From assembly GCA_000991415.1 (NCBI GenBank), contig LBRM01000004.1:1398-65397 (forward strand): 64,000 bases of DNA, read 5' to 3'. The translations under genes were made by a program, and so were the position numbers. This stretch comes from Candidatus Nomurabacteria bacterium GW2011_GWA1_36_15. Its GTDB lineage: Bacteria > Patescibacteriota > Minisyncoccia > Phycocordibacterales > UBA9973. The notes under the pieces were generated by a model. The model worked only from the letters and a program-made list of their open reading frames with translations. It did not search any database and was not told the DNA's origin. Of this stretch, positions 18,697 to 28,191 are shown piece after piece (position 1 is the stretch's first letter; each line of letters begins with the position of its first letter).

Positions 18697-19005
18697 ATGT
18701 TAAAAATAAGATTACAAAGAATTGGTAGAAAGAATGACCCATCATTTCGGGCGGTTTTGACTGACTCAAAAAATAGCACCAAAAGCGGAAAATTTTTGGA
18801 AATAGTCGGCACTTATAATCCAAAAGCGGGAGAGACTAATTTCAAAGTTGATCGAATAAAATATTGGGTGTCAAAAGGAGCACAACTCTCCGACACCATG
18901 CATAATTTTATGGTACATCAGAAAGCAGTAGAGGGTAAAAAAAGAAATGTGTTACCAAAAAAGAAACCGACCCAGAAAAGAAAGGAATTGAAAACAAAGA
19001 AATAG
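18697..19005 (+). CDS. rpsP: 30S ribosomal protein S16
   Basis: MLKIRLQRIGRK, GTYNP, GAQLSDT. Confidence 0.97.
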   Translation: MLKIRLQRIGRKNDPSFRAVLTDSKNSTKSGKFLEIVGTYNPKAGETNFKVDRIKYWVSKGAQLSDTMHNFMVHQKAVEGKKRNVLPKKKPTQKRKELKTKK

Positions 19006-19103
19006 TTGTATATACTTATAGCAAGCAGTGGTAATAATTATTTTGGTCGTAACACTGCTCGTATAATTATTAAAGATTAAAAATAAAATATTTCTGAACA
19101 CAT

Positions 19104-19439
19104 ATGCAAGATGCAGACAAGATATTTCTGGAATATGTAGTAAAAGCTTTAGTTGACAATCCGAACGATGTAAAAATCGATCGTACTGTTGATGAGATGG
19201 GTGTGCTCATTAGTCTTACTGTGAATCCTGCCGATATGGGCAAGATTATCGGAAGGATGGGGAACACAGCCAAAGCTATTCGTACCCTATTGCGAATCAT
19301 AGGTATGAAGAATAATGCTCGAGTGAATTTAAAGATCAATGAGCCAGAAGGTGGAATGAGGCCTGAAGCAAGACCTGCAAATGGAGGAATGGCAACAAAA
19401 ACTGTAGATCAAGCAATGGAAGATTTGAAAGGGATTTAG
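19104..19439 (+). CDS. khpA: KH-domain RNA-binding protein
   Basis: DMGKIIGRMGNTAKAIRTL, between rpsP and trmD. Confidence 0.9.
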   Translation: MQDADKIFLEYVVKALVDNPNDVKIDRTVDEMGVLISLTVNPADMGKIIGRMGNTAKAIRTLLRIIGMKNNARVNLKINEPEGGMRPEARPANGGMATKTVDQAMEDLKGI

Positions 19440-19446
19440 TTTTTCT

Positions 19447-19481
19447 AAAAAGAGCCCCGATTTGAATCGGGGCTCTTTTTT
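19447..19481 (+). terminator. Intrinsic terminator
   Basis: AAAAAGAGCCCCGATT / AATCGGGGCTCTTTTT. Confidence 0.85.
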
Positions 19482-19496
19482 ATGTATTATTAACTT

Positions 19497-20153
19497 ATGC
19501 GATTTTTTATCATTACAATTTTCCCAGATATTTTCAGCTCATATTTAAATAAGTCTATTATTGGACGAGCCATAAAAAGTAAGCTTATTTCAGTGAAATT
19601 TTATAATCCCAGAGATTTTATAAAAGGAAGTAAAAGCAATTATAAACCAGTAGATGATAAGCCATACGGTGGGGGTCCTGGAATGGTAATGCGAGCCGAG
19701 CCACTACTGAAAGCAGTGGCGAAGGTCCTGAGCTTGTCGAAGGGCAAGAACAAAAAAATTCTCGTAATTAATTTTATTCCAAGCGCCGAAAAACTTACCA
19801 CTGCATTTGCCAAAAAAATTTCTAAAAGATATACAGATATTATTTTGATTTGTGGAAGATATGAGGGTATAGATGCGCGGGTAGATAAAATTTTGAAAAC
19901 CAAAAAACTTTCAGTAGGGAACTATGTCTTAACTGGTGGCGAAATTCCGGCTATGGTTTTGATAGATTGTGTTTCTCGTCAAATTCCTGGAGTTTTGGGT
20001 AAATATGAATCTTTAGAAGAAGAACGAGTATCAACAAGCGAAGTTTACACTCGTCCGGAAAAATTAGTTTATAAAGGAAAAAGTTATAAAGTTCCAAAAG
20101 TTTTACTTTCCGGGAATCATAAAAAAATAGAGGAGTGGAAGAAGAAAAAATAA
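19497..20153 (+). CDS. trmD: tRNA (guanine-N1)-methyltransferase
   Basis: VDDKPYGGGPGMV, CGRYEGID, YVLTGGE, LLSGNH. Confidence 0.97.
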   Translation: MRFFIITIFPDIFSSYLNKSIIGRAIKSKLISVKFYNPRDFIKGSKSNYKPVDDKPYGGGPGMVMRAEPLLKAVAKVLSLSKGKNKKILVINFIPSAEKLTTAFAKKISKRYTDIILICGRYEGIDARVDKILKTKKLSVGNYVLTGGEIPAMVLIDCVSRQIPGVLGKYESLEEERVSTSEVYTRPEKLVYKGKSYKVPKVLLSGNHKKIEEWKKKK

Positions 20154-20166
20154 TTCCCAGGTAAAT

Positions 20167-20194
20167 TTGACAAAAAATCGAATATGAGTATACT
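20167..20194 (+). promoter_or_regulatory. rpoBC promoter
   Basis: TTGACA-16 nt-TATACT. Confidence 0.7.
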
Positions 20195-20276
20195 AGGAAG
20201 TAAGAGATTGATTGAGTTTCGGATGTATCTCCGTTTGTATTAATAGAGCTTAATCATAAATATCTAAATAATTTTT

Positions 20277-20412
20277 AGAAAAATAAGGAATGCAATAACT
20301 ATATTTTTCTTAACCCTGTTAAATGAAATCTATCGGGTTTCAACTTTTGCTAAGCAAAAGTTATTTAACAGGGTGGCATTTTTATAGTCGTTTTACTCCT
20401 TAAAAATTAGCC
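20277..20412 (+). promoter_or_regulatory. Structured leader element, copy 2 (before rpoB)
   Basis: ACCCTGTTAAAT (20313) ... ATTTAACAGGGT (20363) with flanking hairpins. Confidence 0.75.
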
Positions 20413-23400
20413 ATGCAAACAGAAAAACGTCCGAAAAAATATTTTTCAAGGTATAAAAACCCGCTAATAGAATTTCCGAATTTAATAGAAGCTCAAACTA
20501 AATCCTATAAATGGCTGGTAGAAGAGGGTTTAAAAGAAGTTTTTAAAGAATTTTCTCCAATCATAGATTACTCTGGGAAAAAATTTGAACTTGAATTTAC
20601 CTCCTTTTCTCTGAGCGAACCGAACTGCGAAGAAAATGACGCTAAAATAAATAAACTATCGTATCAAGGGCTCCTTAAAACTCGGGTAAAATTAACGAAC
20701 AAAATATTAGGTACGGTTAAAGAACAGGAGATTTTTATGTCAGAAATTCCCTTAATGACCCCGCACGGAACTTTCATTATAAATGGGGTGGAACGTGTTA
20801 TTGTTCCTCAGCTGGCACGTTCTTTCGGAGTTTTCTTTACTGAGTCAGAAAGTAAAGGTTATATAAGAATAGACAAAAAAAGAAAATTTCCTGCCACAGC
20901 CCTATTGCGTGTTCTGGGTTATAACACCAATGAAACGATATTAAAAGCATTTGAGAAAACTCCTAATTGCAAAGAAGTAATTGAAGCTTGTTTAGCGAAG
21001 GATGTCGCTAAAACATTAAGTGATTCATATATTGAAATATATAAACGTTTAAGAGATGGAGACATGGCTACACCTGAAAATGCTAAAGAGTTCATCAATT
21101 CTTTGTTTACTCCCGAAAGATATGATCTTTCTCCGGTTGGACGATATAGATTCAATAAACGTTTCGATAAGTCATTAGAGGAAAAAGAACTTGTACGCCG
21201 AACTATCTCTAAAGAAGATTTGATGACAGTAATTGCGAATATTATTGTCTTGAACAATACTCTGGGCGCCAAATCTGATGACATAGACCATTTGGGGCAA
21301 AGACGTGTTCGATTTGTTGGAGAAATGCTTCAGCAAAAAGTACGCACAGGCATGATGCAGATTAAAAGAAATATTCAAGACAGAATGTCTATTATTGACG
21401 TTGATACTGCTATGCCTATTCACATTATTAACCAGCGTCCACTTCAAGCCCGCATCAAGGAATTTTTTACTACCAATCAACTTTCACAATTTATGGCGCA
21501 AGAAAATGTACTTTGCGAAATGGAGCACTTGCGTACTCTTTCAGCCCTTGGTCCTGGTGGTCTGACTCGTGAACGTGCAGGTCTCGAGGTGCGAGATGTA
21601 CATCCAAGTCACTATGGAAGAGTTTGTCCAATTCACACTCCGGAAGGCCCTAACATCGGACTTATTTTACATCTTTCTACTTATGCAAAAATTAATGATT
21701 TCGGAATTATTGAAACCCCGTATATAAAAGTAAAAAATGGAAAAATTACCAAGGAAATTCAATATTTAAATGCGCTTGAAGAAGAGAAGTACAATATTGC
21801 TCATGCAGGAATTCCTTATGATGAAAATGGGAAAATAACAGAAGAAAAAGTGGAAGCTAGAGTAAAAACTAATCCGGGTATGATTACTCGCAACCAAGTT
21901 GATTTTATTGATGTGGCAGCCAATCAGGGTTTTTCTGTAGCCACTTCTATGATTCCTTTCTTGGAACACAACGACGCCAATCGCGCCCTGATGGGATCTA
22001 ATATGCAGAAACAAGCTGTTCCTTGCGTGCTTCCCGAAGTACCTTTGGTGGCAACGGGCGTTGAAGCTTTGGCTTCTCGTGACTCTGGCAGAATGGTTCT
22101 TGCCTCAGAGGATGGGGTTGTTTCTTATTTAGATGCAAAAAAAATAATAGTAAAAGGAAAGACAGAAAAAATATATTCTCTTGTTAATTTTTTGAGAAAT
22201 AATAATTTTTCTGCATTTCATCAACGCCCGGCGGTAAATATCGGTCAAAAGGTGAAAAAAGGTGATGTATTAGCCGATACAACAAGCACCGTAGATGGAC
22301 AAATCTCAATTGGTCAGAATGTTTTTATCGCTTTCTTGTCTTGGTCTGGATTAAACTATGAAGATGCTGTCATTATTTCCGAACGGCTGGTAAAGAAAAG
22401 TAAATTTACCAGCGTGTATGTTGAAGAATTTGTCTGCACGGTTCGTGATACCAAACTTGGACCTGAAATTACTACTCGGGACATACCTAATGTCGGAGAA
22501 TTAAAACTTAAAGACTTGGATGAGGACGGCATTGTTCGTATTGGAGCCGAAGTCAGAGAAAATGATATTTTAATCGGTAAAATTACACCTAAAGGTGAGA
22601 CTGAACTTACCCCGGAAGAACGATTATTACGTTCAATTTTTGCTGAAAAAGCGCGTGATGTTAAGGACACCTCCCTTCGTATGGAGCATGGAAAACGCGG
22701 ACGTATTATCGGCATTAAAATTTTCTCCCGTGACTTGGGTCATACTCTTGAGGCAGGGATCATCAAGAAAATTGTTATTGAGGTTGCTCAAATTAGAAAT
22801 ATTTCAGTTGGAGATAAACTTTCTGGACGACATGGAAACAAGGGAGTTATTTCTAGAATCCTTCCGGAGGAAGATATGCCTTACACAGCAGAAGGCATAC
22901 CAGTTGATATAATACTTTCACCCCTGGGTGTTCCTTCTCGTATGAATTTAGGACAAATTTTAGAAATGCATCTTGGCATGGCAGCTAATGCTCTAGGTTA
23001 TCAAGCCGTTGTTCCTCCATTTCTAGGAGCAAAACGCGAAGAAATAAAAGAGGAGTTGAAAAAAGCCGGGCTTCCAGAAAATGGCAAATTAAAACTTTTT
23101 GATGGGCGTACCGGGGAAAGTTTTGATCAGGATGTGGCTGTCGGCTATATGTATATGTTGAAATTGCATCACATGGTGGAAGATAAAATTCATATGCGAT
23201 CTATTGGACCTTATTCTCTTATTACTCAACAGCCTTTAGGGGGAAAAGCTCAAGGTGGAGGACAAAGATTTGGAGAAATGGAAGTTTGGGCCTTGGAAGG
23301 ATATGGGGCAGCCTATACATTGCGAGAAATGCTTACCATCAAGTCCGATGATATTTTGGGTCGTTCTCAGACATTTGATTCTATTATAAAAAATGAAATC

Positions 23401-23499
23401 ATTAAACCGCCAAATTCTCCTGCCTCATTTAATGTTTTGCTTAATTATCTACGAGGACTTGCGCTTGATGTTAACTTGAAAAAATATGAAAACTCTTAA
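20413..23499 (+). CDS. rpoB: RNA polymerase beta subunit
   Basis: GTFIINGVERV, TPEGPNIGL, GDKLSGRHGNKG, GGQRFGEMEVWALE. Confidence 0.98.
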   Translation: MQTEKRPKKYFSRYKNPLIEFPNLIEAQTKSYKWLVEEGLKEVFKEFSPIIDYSGKKFELEFTSFSLSEPNCEENDAKINKLSYQGLLKTRVKLTNKILGTVKEQEIFMSEIPLMTPHGTFIINGVERVIVPQLARSFGVFFTESESKGYIRIDKKRKFPATALLRVLGYNTNETILKAFEKTPNCKEVIEACLAKDVAKTLSDSYIEIYKRLRDGDMATPENAKEFINSLFTPERYDLSPVGRYRFNKRFDKSLEEKELVRRTISKEDLMTVIANIIVLNNTLGAKSDDIDHLGQRRVRFVGEMLQQKVRTGMMQIKRNIQDRMSIIDVDTAMPIHIINQRPLQARIKEFFTTNQLSQFMAQENVLCEMEHLRTLSALGPGGLTRERAGLEVRDVHPSHYGRVCPIHTPEGPNIGLILHLSTYAKINDFGIIETPYIKVKNGKITKEIQYLNALEEEKYNIAHAGIPYDENGKITEEKVEARVKTNPGMITRNQVDFIDVAANQGFSVATSMIPFLEHNDANRALMGSNMQKQAVPCVLPEVPLVATGVEALASRDSGRMVLASEDGVVSYLDAKKIIVKGKTEKIYSLVNFLRNNNFSAFHQRPAVNIGQKVKKGDVLADTTSTVDGQISIGQNVFIAFLSWSGLNYEDAVIISERLVKKSKFTSVYVEEFVCTVRDTKLGPEITTRDIPNVGELKLKDLDEDGIVRIGAEVRENDILIGKITPKGETELTPEERLLRSIFAEKARDVKDTSLRMEHGKRGRIIGIKIFSRDLGHTLEAGIIKKIVIEVAQIRNISVGDKLSGRHGNKGVISRILPEEDMPYTAEGIPVDIILSPLGVPSRMNLGQILEMHLGMAANALGYQAVVPPFLGAKREEIKEELKKAGLPENGKLKLFDGRTGESFDQDVAVGYMYMLKLHHMVEDKIHMRSIGPYSLITQQPLGGKAQGGGQRFGEMEVWALEGYGAAYTLREMLTIKSDDILGRSQTFDSIIKNEIIKPPNSPASFNVLLNYLRGLALDVNLKKYENS

Positions 23500-26400
23500 T
23501 AAAACTGATTTTGATTATATTTCGCTCAAACTTGCATCTCCCGAGCAGATAAAAGACTGGTCTTATGGAGAAGTCACTAAACCGGAAACCATAAATTATC
23601 GTACAGGTAGATCTGAACGAGGAGGTCTTTTTGATGAAAAAATATTCGGACCGGAAAAAGATTATGAATGCTATTGTGGAAAATATCGTCGCATTCGCTA
23701 CAAGGATATTATTTGTGAGAAATGCGGAGTGGAAGTAACTCGTTCTATTGTTAGGCGTGAAAGAATGGGGCATATTGAGTTATCAACACCCGTTGCTCAC
23801 ATTTGGTTTTTGCGGGGAGTGCCTTCTCGCATGAGCATCCTTCTGAATATTTCAGTATCCGATCTTGAGAAAGTGATATATTTTGCCGGATATATTATTA
23901 CCAAAGTGCATGAAGATGAAAAAGAAAAAATAATTAGTAATTTAGAAAAAGAATATAAAGCTAAATTAAAAAATGCGACTGATGATGACACGCGTAAAAG
24001 ATTAAAAGATTTATTTTCTAATACTAAAAAAGAAATTTTAGAAATTTATGAAGGGAAAGTTTTAAATGAAATTTCTTTTCATCATTATTCTTTGAAATAC
24101 GGTATTTGTTTTGAAGCAAATATAGGAGCTGAAGCTATTTATTCTATTTTCAAAAATCTTGATTTGAATAAATTAAAAATTCACACCGAGAAAATGATTG
24201 AAAAGGCAAGTATCATAGAAAAAGAAAAATTACAGAAAAGACTCTCACTCATTCGTGCTATGACTTATGCCGGTATTCGTCCAGAATGGATGTTTTTGAC
24301 TGTTATTCCGGTTATTCCTCCAGTTTTGCGTCCAATGGTTGCCTTAGACGGGGGACGCCATGCAACGTCGGATTTGAATGACCTTTATCGTCGAGTAATA
24401 AATCGCAATAATCGCTTGAAAAAATTGAAAGAAATAAATGCACCAGATGTAATCTTGCGAAACGAAAAAAGAATTATTCAAGAAGCAGTGGATGCGCTTA
24501 TAGATAATTCAATTGCCAAACAAAATGACAGTGCTGCCATGAGTCAATCTCAAAAACGTCCTTTGAAATCTTTATCTGATAATCTAAAATCCAAACAAGG
24601 TTTGTTTCGTCAGAATTTGCTCGGTAAGCGCGTAGATTATTCAGGTCGTTCGGTTATCGTGGTTGGTCCGGAACTCAGACTTAATCAATGCGGATTGCCG
24701 AAACATATGGCTCTTGAACTTTTTAGGCCGTTTGTCATTTCTAAAATTTTACAAGCTGAATTGGCATTTAATATTCGTGGGGCCAATAAACTCATAGAAG
24801 AACGCACTCCGGAAGTCTGGGCGATGTTAGAAGAAGTAATTCAAGGAAAATATGTTCTCTTAAACCGCGCCCCCACTCTTCATCGTCTGGGTATTCAGGC
24901 TTTTAATCCGATTCTGATTGAAGGAAATGCTATTCAAGTGCATCCGCTTGTTTGTCAGGCTTTTAACGCTGACTTCGACGGAGACCAAATGGCGGTGTAT
25001 GTTCCTCTTTTAGAAGAGGCTCAATGGGAAGCCAAAGAATTAATGGCTGCTAATAAAAATCTTCTTAAACCTCAAAACGGCGACCCGATAGTGCATCCCA
25101 GCAAGGATATAGTACTTGGATCTTACTGGATGACTAAATCCGTTGACGGTGAACTTGGTGAGGGTAAATATTTTTCCAGCCCTAATACCGCCATCACTGC
25201 TTATGAATATGGAGTTGTTTCTCTTAGAGCCAAGATAAAAGTTCTGGCAACGAACAATCGTAAATACCTTAAATTTAATGAAGGATTTTTTGATACTTCC
25301 GTTGGCAAACTTCTTTTTAACAGCATTTTACCGAGTGATTTTTCTTATGTCAGTGATGAAATGACCCAAAAGAGATTATCTTCTCTTGTTGATGAGCTTA
25401 TTATACACTATGGGGTGGACGATACTCCTCCTATCTTGGACAAGATAAAAAGTTTCGGTTTCAAATATTCCACATTCTCCGGCACCACTTGGGGATTAGA
25501 TAATGTTAAAGTGCCTTCTGAAAAAGCAAAAATTGTTGAAGAGGGGAGGAAATTGGAAGAGAAAACAATCTCAGAGTGGAAAGAAGGCCTTCTTTCCGAA
25601 GAAGAAAGATATCAAAAAATTATCGAAATTTGGACTTATACTAAAAAAGAATTGGAAAAAGTTCTTCCCAAGACCCTTGATAAAAATGGTTCTACTTACG
25701 ATTTGTTTATGTCCGGAGCCAGGGGCACTATGACCTCTTTAATCCAAATGGCGGGAATGAAAGGCCTTATTCAGAACAACCAGGGTAAAACATTGGAATT
25801 TCCTATCATTCCTAGTTATCAAGAAGGACTTTCTCCCATTGAATATTTCGTCACTACTCACGGCGCTCGTAAGGGGGCCTCAGATACCGCCTTAAATACT
25901 GCTAAAGCCGGATATTTAACCCGCAGACTGGTTGATGTTGCGCAGGATGTAGTTATTACTGAAAAAGATTGCGGAACAAAAGAAGGAAAAGTAGTAAGTC
26001 GAGAAAATATCTCCGGAATTGAAATTCCTCTCTCAAAAAATATCAGCGGACGTGTATTGGCGGGCGACCTTAAAGACAAAGACGGCAAAGTAATTTATAA
26101 GAAAAAGTTTTTAATTACTAAAGAAGAGGCACATAAAATTGAAGGAGCAGGTTTTGAGGAAGTGTTTGTTCGTTCTCCACTTACTTGTCGTACCACTCAC
26201 GGGCTTTGCCAGATGTGTTATGGATTGGATTTGGGACGAAATCGTCTTGTTGACTTGGGAGAAGCGGTTGGTATTATCGCCGCTCAAGCCATAGGAGAAC
26301 CGGGTACTCAGCTCACCTTGCGCACCTTTCATGCCGGAGGAGTGGCTGGCACAGACATCACTACAGGATTGCCTCGTATTGAAGAAATTTTTGAAAGACG

Positions 26401-27091
26401 CATTCCCAAAAATCCAGCTATCATTTCTGAAACTGATGGGGAAGTTTTTGAAATAAAAGATAAAGATGCGAAAGAAAAAATAATTAAGGTACTTTCTGAC
26501 GTCAAAAATGGCAAATCTAATGAAATAGAATACACTGTACCATTCCGCAGGATGCCGATAGTAAAAGTAGGCCAGAGAGTAAAGAAAGGCGAGCTTCTAA
26601 CTGACGGGTCTGCGGATATTACTGAAATATTTAAATTCGGGACTAAAGAATTAGTTGAAGAATATATCATTCGAGAAATAAACAAAGTTTACGAATTGCA
26701 AAGCGCCTCGATTTCCAGAAAACATACTGAAATAATTATTCGCCAAATGTTTTCACGCAAAAAAATAAAAGATGCCGGCGAAACTAATTTCTCTATTGGT
26801 GATATTGTTGAAAATACAGCCTTTATTGAAGAAAATGAAAGAGTAGCTAAATTAAAACAAGAGGAAGCCAGAGCGGAAACAATCGTTCTTGGTATTACGG
26901 AAGTATCTCTTCGCACTAAGAGTTGGCTCTCTGCCGCCTCTTTCCAAAATACCAATCGGGTGCTCATCGAGAATGCAGTAAAAGGCGGAGTTGACTCTCT
27001 AAGAGGTTTGAAGGAAAATGTCATTATTGGACGATTAATTCCAGCCGGTACTGGATTTAAGAGCAAAGTTTCTTTACCAGAAGAGGAATAA
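23486..27091 (+). CDS. rpoC: RNA polymerase beta' subunit
   Basis: CYCGKY...CEKC zinc finger, NADFDGD, TQLTLRTFH. Confidence 0.98.
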   Translation: MKTLNKTDFDYISLKLASPEQIKDWSYGEVTKPETINYRTGRSERGGLFDEKIFGPEKDYECYCGKYRRIRYKDIICEKCGVEVTRSIVRRERMGHIELSTPVAHIWFLRGVPSRMSILLNISVSDLEKVIYFAGYIITKVHEDEKEKIISNLEKEYKAKLKNATDDDTRKRLKDLFSNTKKEILEIYEGKVLNEISFHHYSLKYGICFEANIGAEAIYSIFKNLDLNKLKIHTEKMIEKASIIEKEKLQKRLSLIRAMTYAGIRPEWMFLTVIPVIPPVLRPMVALDGGRHATSDLNDLYRRVINRNNRLKKLKEINAPDVILRNEKRIIQEAVDALIDNSIAKQNDSAAMSQSQKRPLKSLSDNLKSKQGLFRQNLLGKRVDYSGRSVIVVGPELRLNQCGLPKHMALELFRPFVISKILQAELAFNIRGANKLIEERTPEVWAMLEEVIQGKYVLLNRAPTLHRLGIQAFNPILIEGNAIQVHPLVCQAFNADFDGDQMAVYVPLLEEAQWEAKELMAANKNLLKPQNGDPIVHPSKDIVLGSYWMTKSVDGELGEGKYFSSPNTAITAYEYGVVSLRAKIKVLATNNRKYLKFNEGFFDTSVGKLLFNSILPSDFSYVSDEMTQKRLSSLVDELIIHYGVDDTPPILDKIKSFGFKYSTFSGTTWGLDNVKVPSEKAKIVEEGRKLEEKTISEWKEGLLSEEERYQKIIEIWTYTKKELEKVLPKTLDKNGSTYDLFMSGARGTMTSLIQMAGMKGLIQNNQGKTLEFPIIPSYQEGLSPIEYFVTTHGARKGASDTALNTAKAGYLTRRLVDVAQDVVITEKDCGTKEGKVVSRENISGIEIPLSKNISGRVLAGDLKDKDGKVIYKKKFLITKEEAHKIEGAGFEEVFVRSPLTCRTTHGLCQMCYGLDLGRNRLVDLGEAVGIIAAQAIGEPGTQLTLRTFHAGGVAGTDITTGLPRIEEIFERRIPKNPAIISETDGEVFEIKDKDAKEKIIKVLSDVKNGKSNEIEYTVPFRRMPIVKVGQRVKKGELLTDGSADITEIFKFGTKELVEEYIIREINKVYELQSASISRKHTEIIIRQMFSRKKIKDAGETNFSIGDIVENTAFIEENERVAKLKQEEARAETIVLGITEVSLRTKSWLSAASFQNTNRVLIENAVKGGVDSLRGLKENVIIGRLIPAGTGFKSKVSLPEEE

Positions 27092-27096
27092 AAAAT

Positions 27097-27483
27097 ATGG
27101 AAAAAGAATATGATAATTGGAATAAATTAAAAAAAGATTTATCAACCAAGGAATCAAAAATTTTCTTTCATGAAAGGGAAGTTTGGTACTGCTCTTTAGG
27201 TAAAAATATTGGTTACGAAGAAGACGGCAAAAATGAATTATTTGAAAGACCAATTCTTATCGTTAGAAAATTTAATAATGATATATTCCTAGCTATTCCA
27301 TTAACTAGTTCAAAAAAAGATAATAAATACTACCATCAATACGAATTCAGTGGAAAAACTTTTGCTGGTATCCTATCGCAAATAAGATTATTAGACAGTA
27401 GGAGGCTTTCTAGAAAAATTGGGATGATAAAAGAAAGTGATTTTAGTACTATAATTAAAAAGATTCACAATGTTCTTCCATAA
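27097..27483 (+). CDS. PemK/MazF-like endoribonuclease toxin, no protein antitoxin adjacent
   Basis: EVWYCSLGKNIGYEEDGK...RPILIV...IPLTS...SQIRLLDSRRL..KIG. Confidence 0.8.
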   Translation: MEKEYDNWNKLKKDLSTKESKIFFHEREVWYCSLGKNIGYEEDGKNELFERPILIVRKFNNDIFLAIPLTSSKKDNKYYHQYEFSGKTFAGILSQIRLLDSRRLSRKIGMIKESDFSTIIKKIHNVLP

Positions 27484-27531
27484 AAGACGAAACCCCCTTG
27501 CGGGGGTTTCTCGGAGGCCGAAGCCATTTAC
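27484..27531 (-). ncRNA. Candidate ~50-nt RNA convergent on the mazF-like gene
   Basis: Minus-strand TTGACA-16-TATACT promoter (27565-27538); GGC-UUCG-GCC hairpin; 9-bp GC stem with GCAA loop then UCUUUU. Confidence 0.55.
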
Positions 27532-27558
27532 CACTAGAGTATAGCAAATGTAAAATAT

Positions 27559-28191
27559 ATGTCAAATGAAGAAGTGGAAAATATAAATCCCTTTAAAAAA
27601 GTAGAAAATTCTTTAACCAAAGAGCAATTTTTAAATATAGATGAGGTATTTAAGGATAATCTCGAAATAGCTAATATATTTAATGCAAACAAAGAATTAT
27701 TTCAGAAATATCTTGATAGTATTTTTCCAGATAGTAAGGTTAAGGAAATTGTCTGGCATGGAACAAATTCAAAATTTGAAGAAGAAAAATTTGATAAATC
27801 AAGAATAGGTACATCTACTCAAAATATTACTAGTAAATTTGGATTTTATTTTGTTCCAGATAAAAAAGTCGCTGGAATTTTTACAAAAGGAAGTAAAATA
27901 GAAGCAGATAAGGGAATTATTCGACCCGAGAATTCAAAAATATATCCTGTACTTTTATTAATAAAAAATCCTGAAATAATAGAAGGAAAAATTTTTAGAG
28001 AATATGCTGAAAGAAATGAAATGCCACCTCTAAGACTAAATGGTGATTCTATTATAATTAATGCACAGACTAGTGATGCTAATGTTGAATTTTGTGTTAA
28101 AAACTATGTAGTATTTGAACCAGAACAAATTCATATTCTAGGTTCAGAGCAAGATATCTTACAAGCTAAAGAATGGTTAAAAAACAAATGA
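27559..28191 (+). CDS. Putative ADP-ribosyltransferase-fold protein (ART-PolyVal-like)
   Basis: VWHGT..F...FD, GFYF, YVVFEPEQI. Confidence 0.6.
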   Translation: MSNEEVENINPFKKVENSLTKEQFLNIDEVFKDNLEIANIFNANKELFQKYLDSIFPDSKVKEIVWHGTNSKFEEEKFDKSRIGTSTQNITSKFGFYFVPDKKVAGIFTKGSKIEADKGIIRPENSKIYPVLLLIKNPEIIEGKIFREYAERNEMPPLRLNGDSIIINAQTSDANVEFCVKNYVVFEPEQIHILGSEQDILQAKEWLKNK

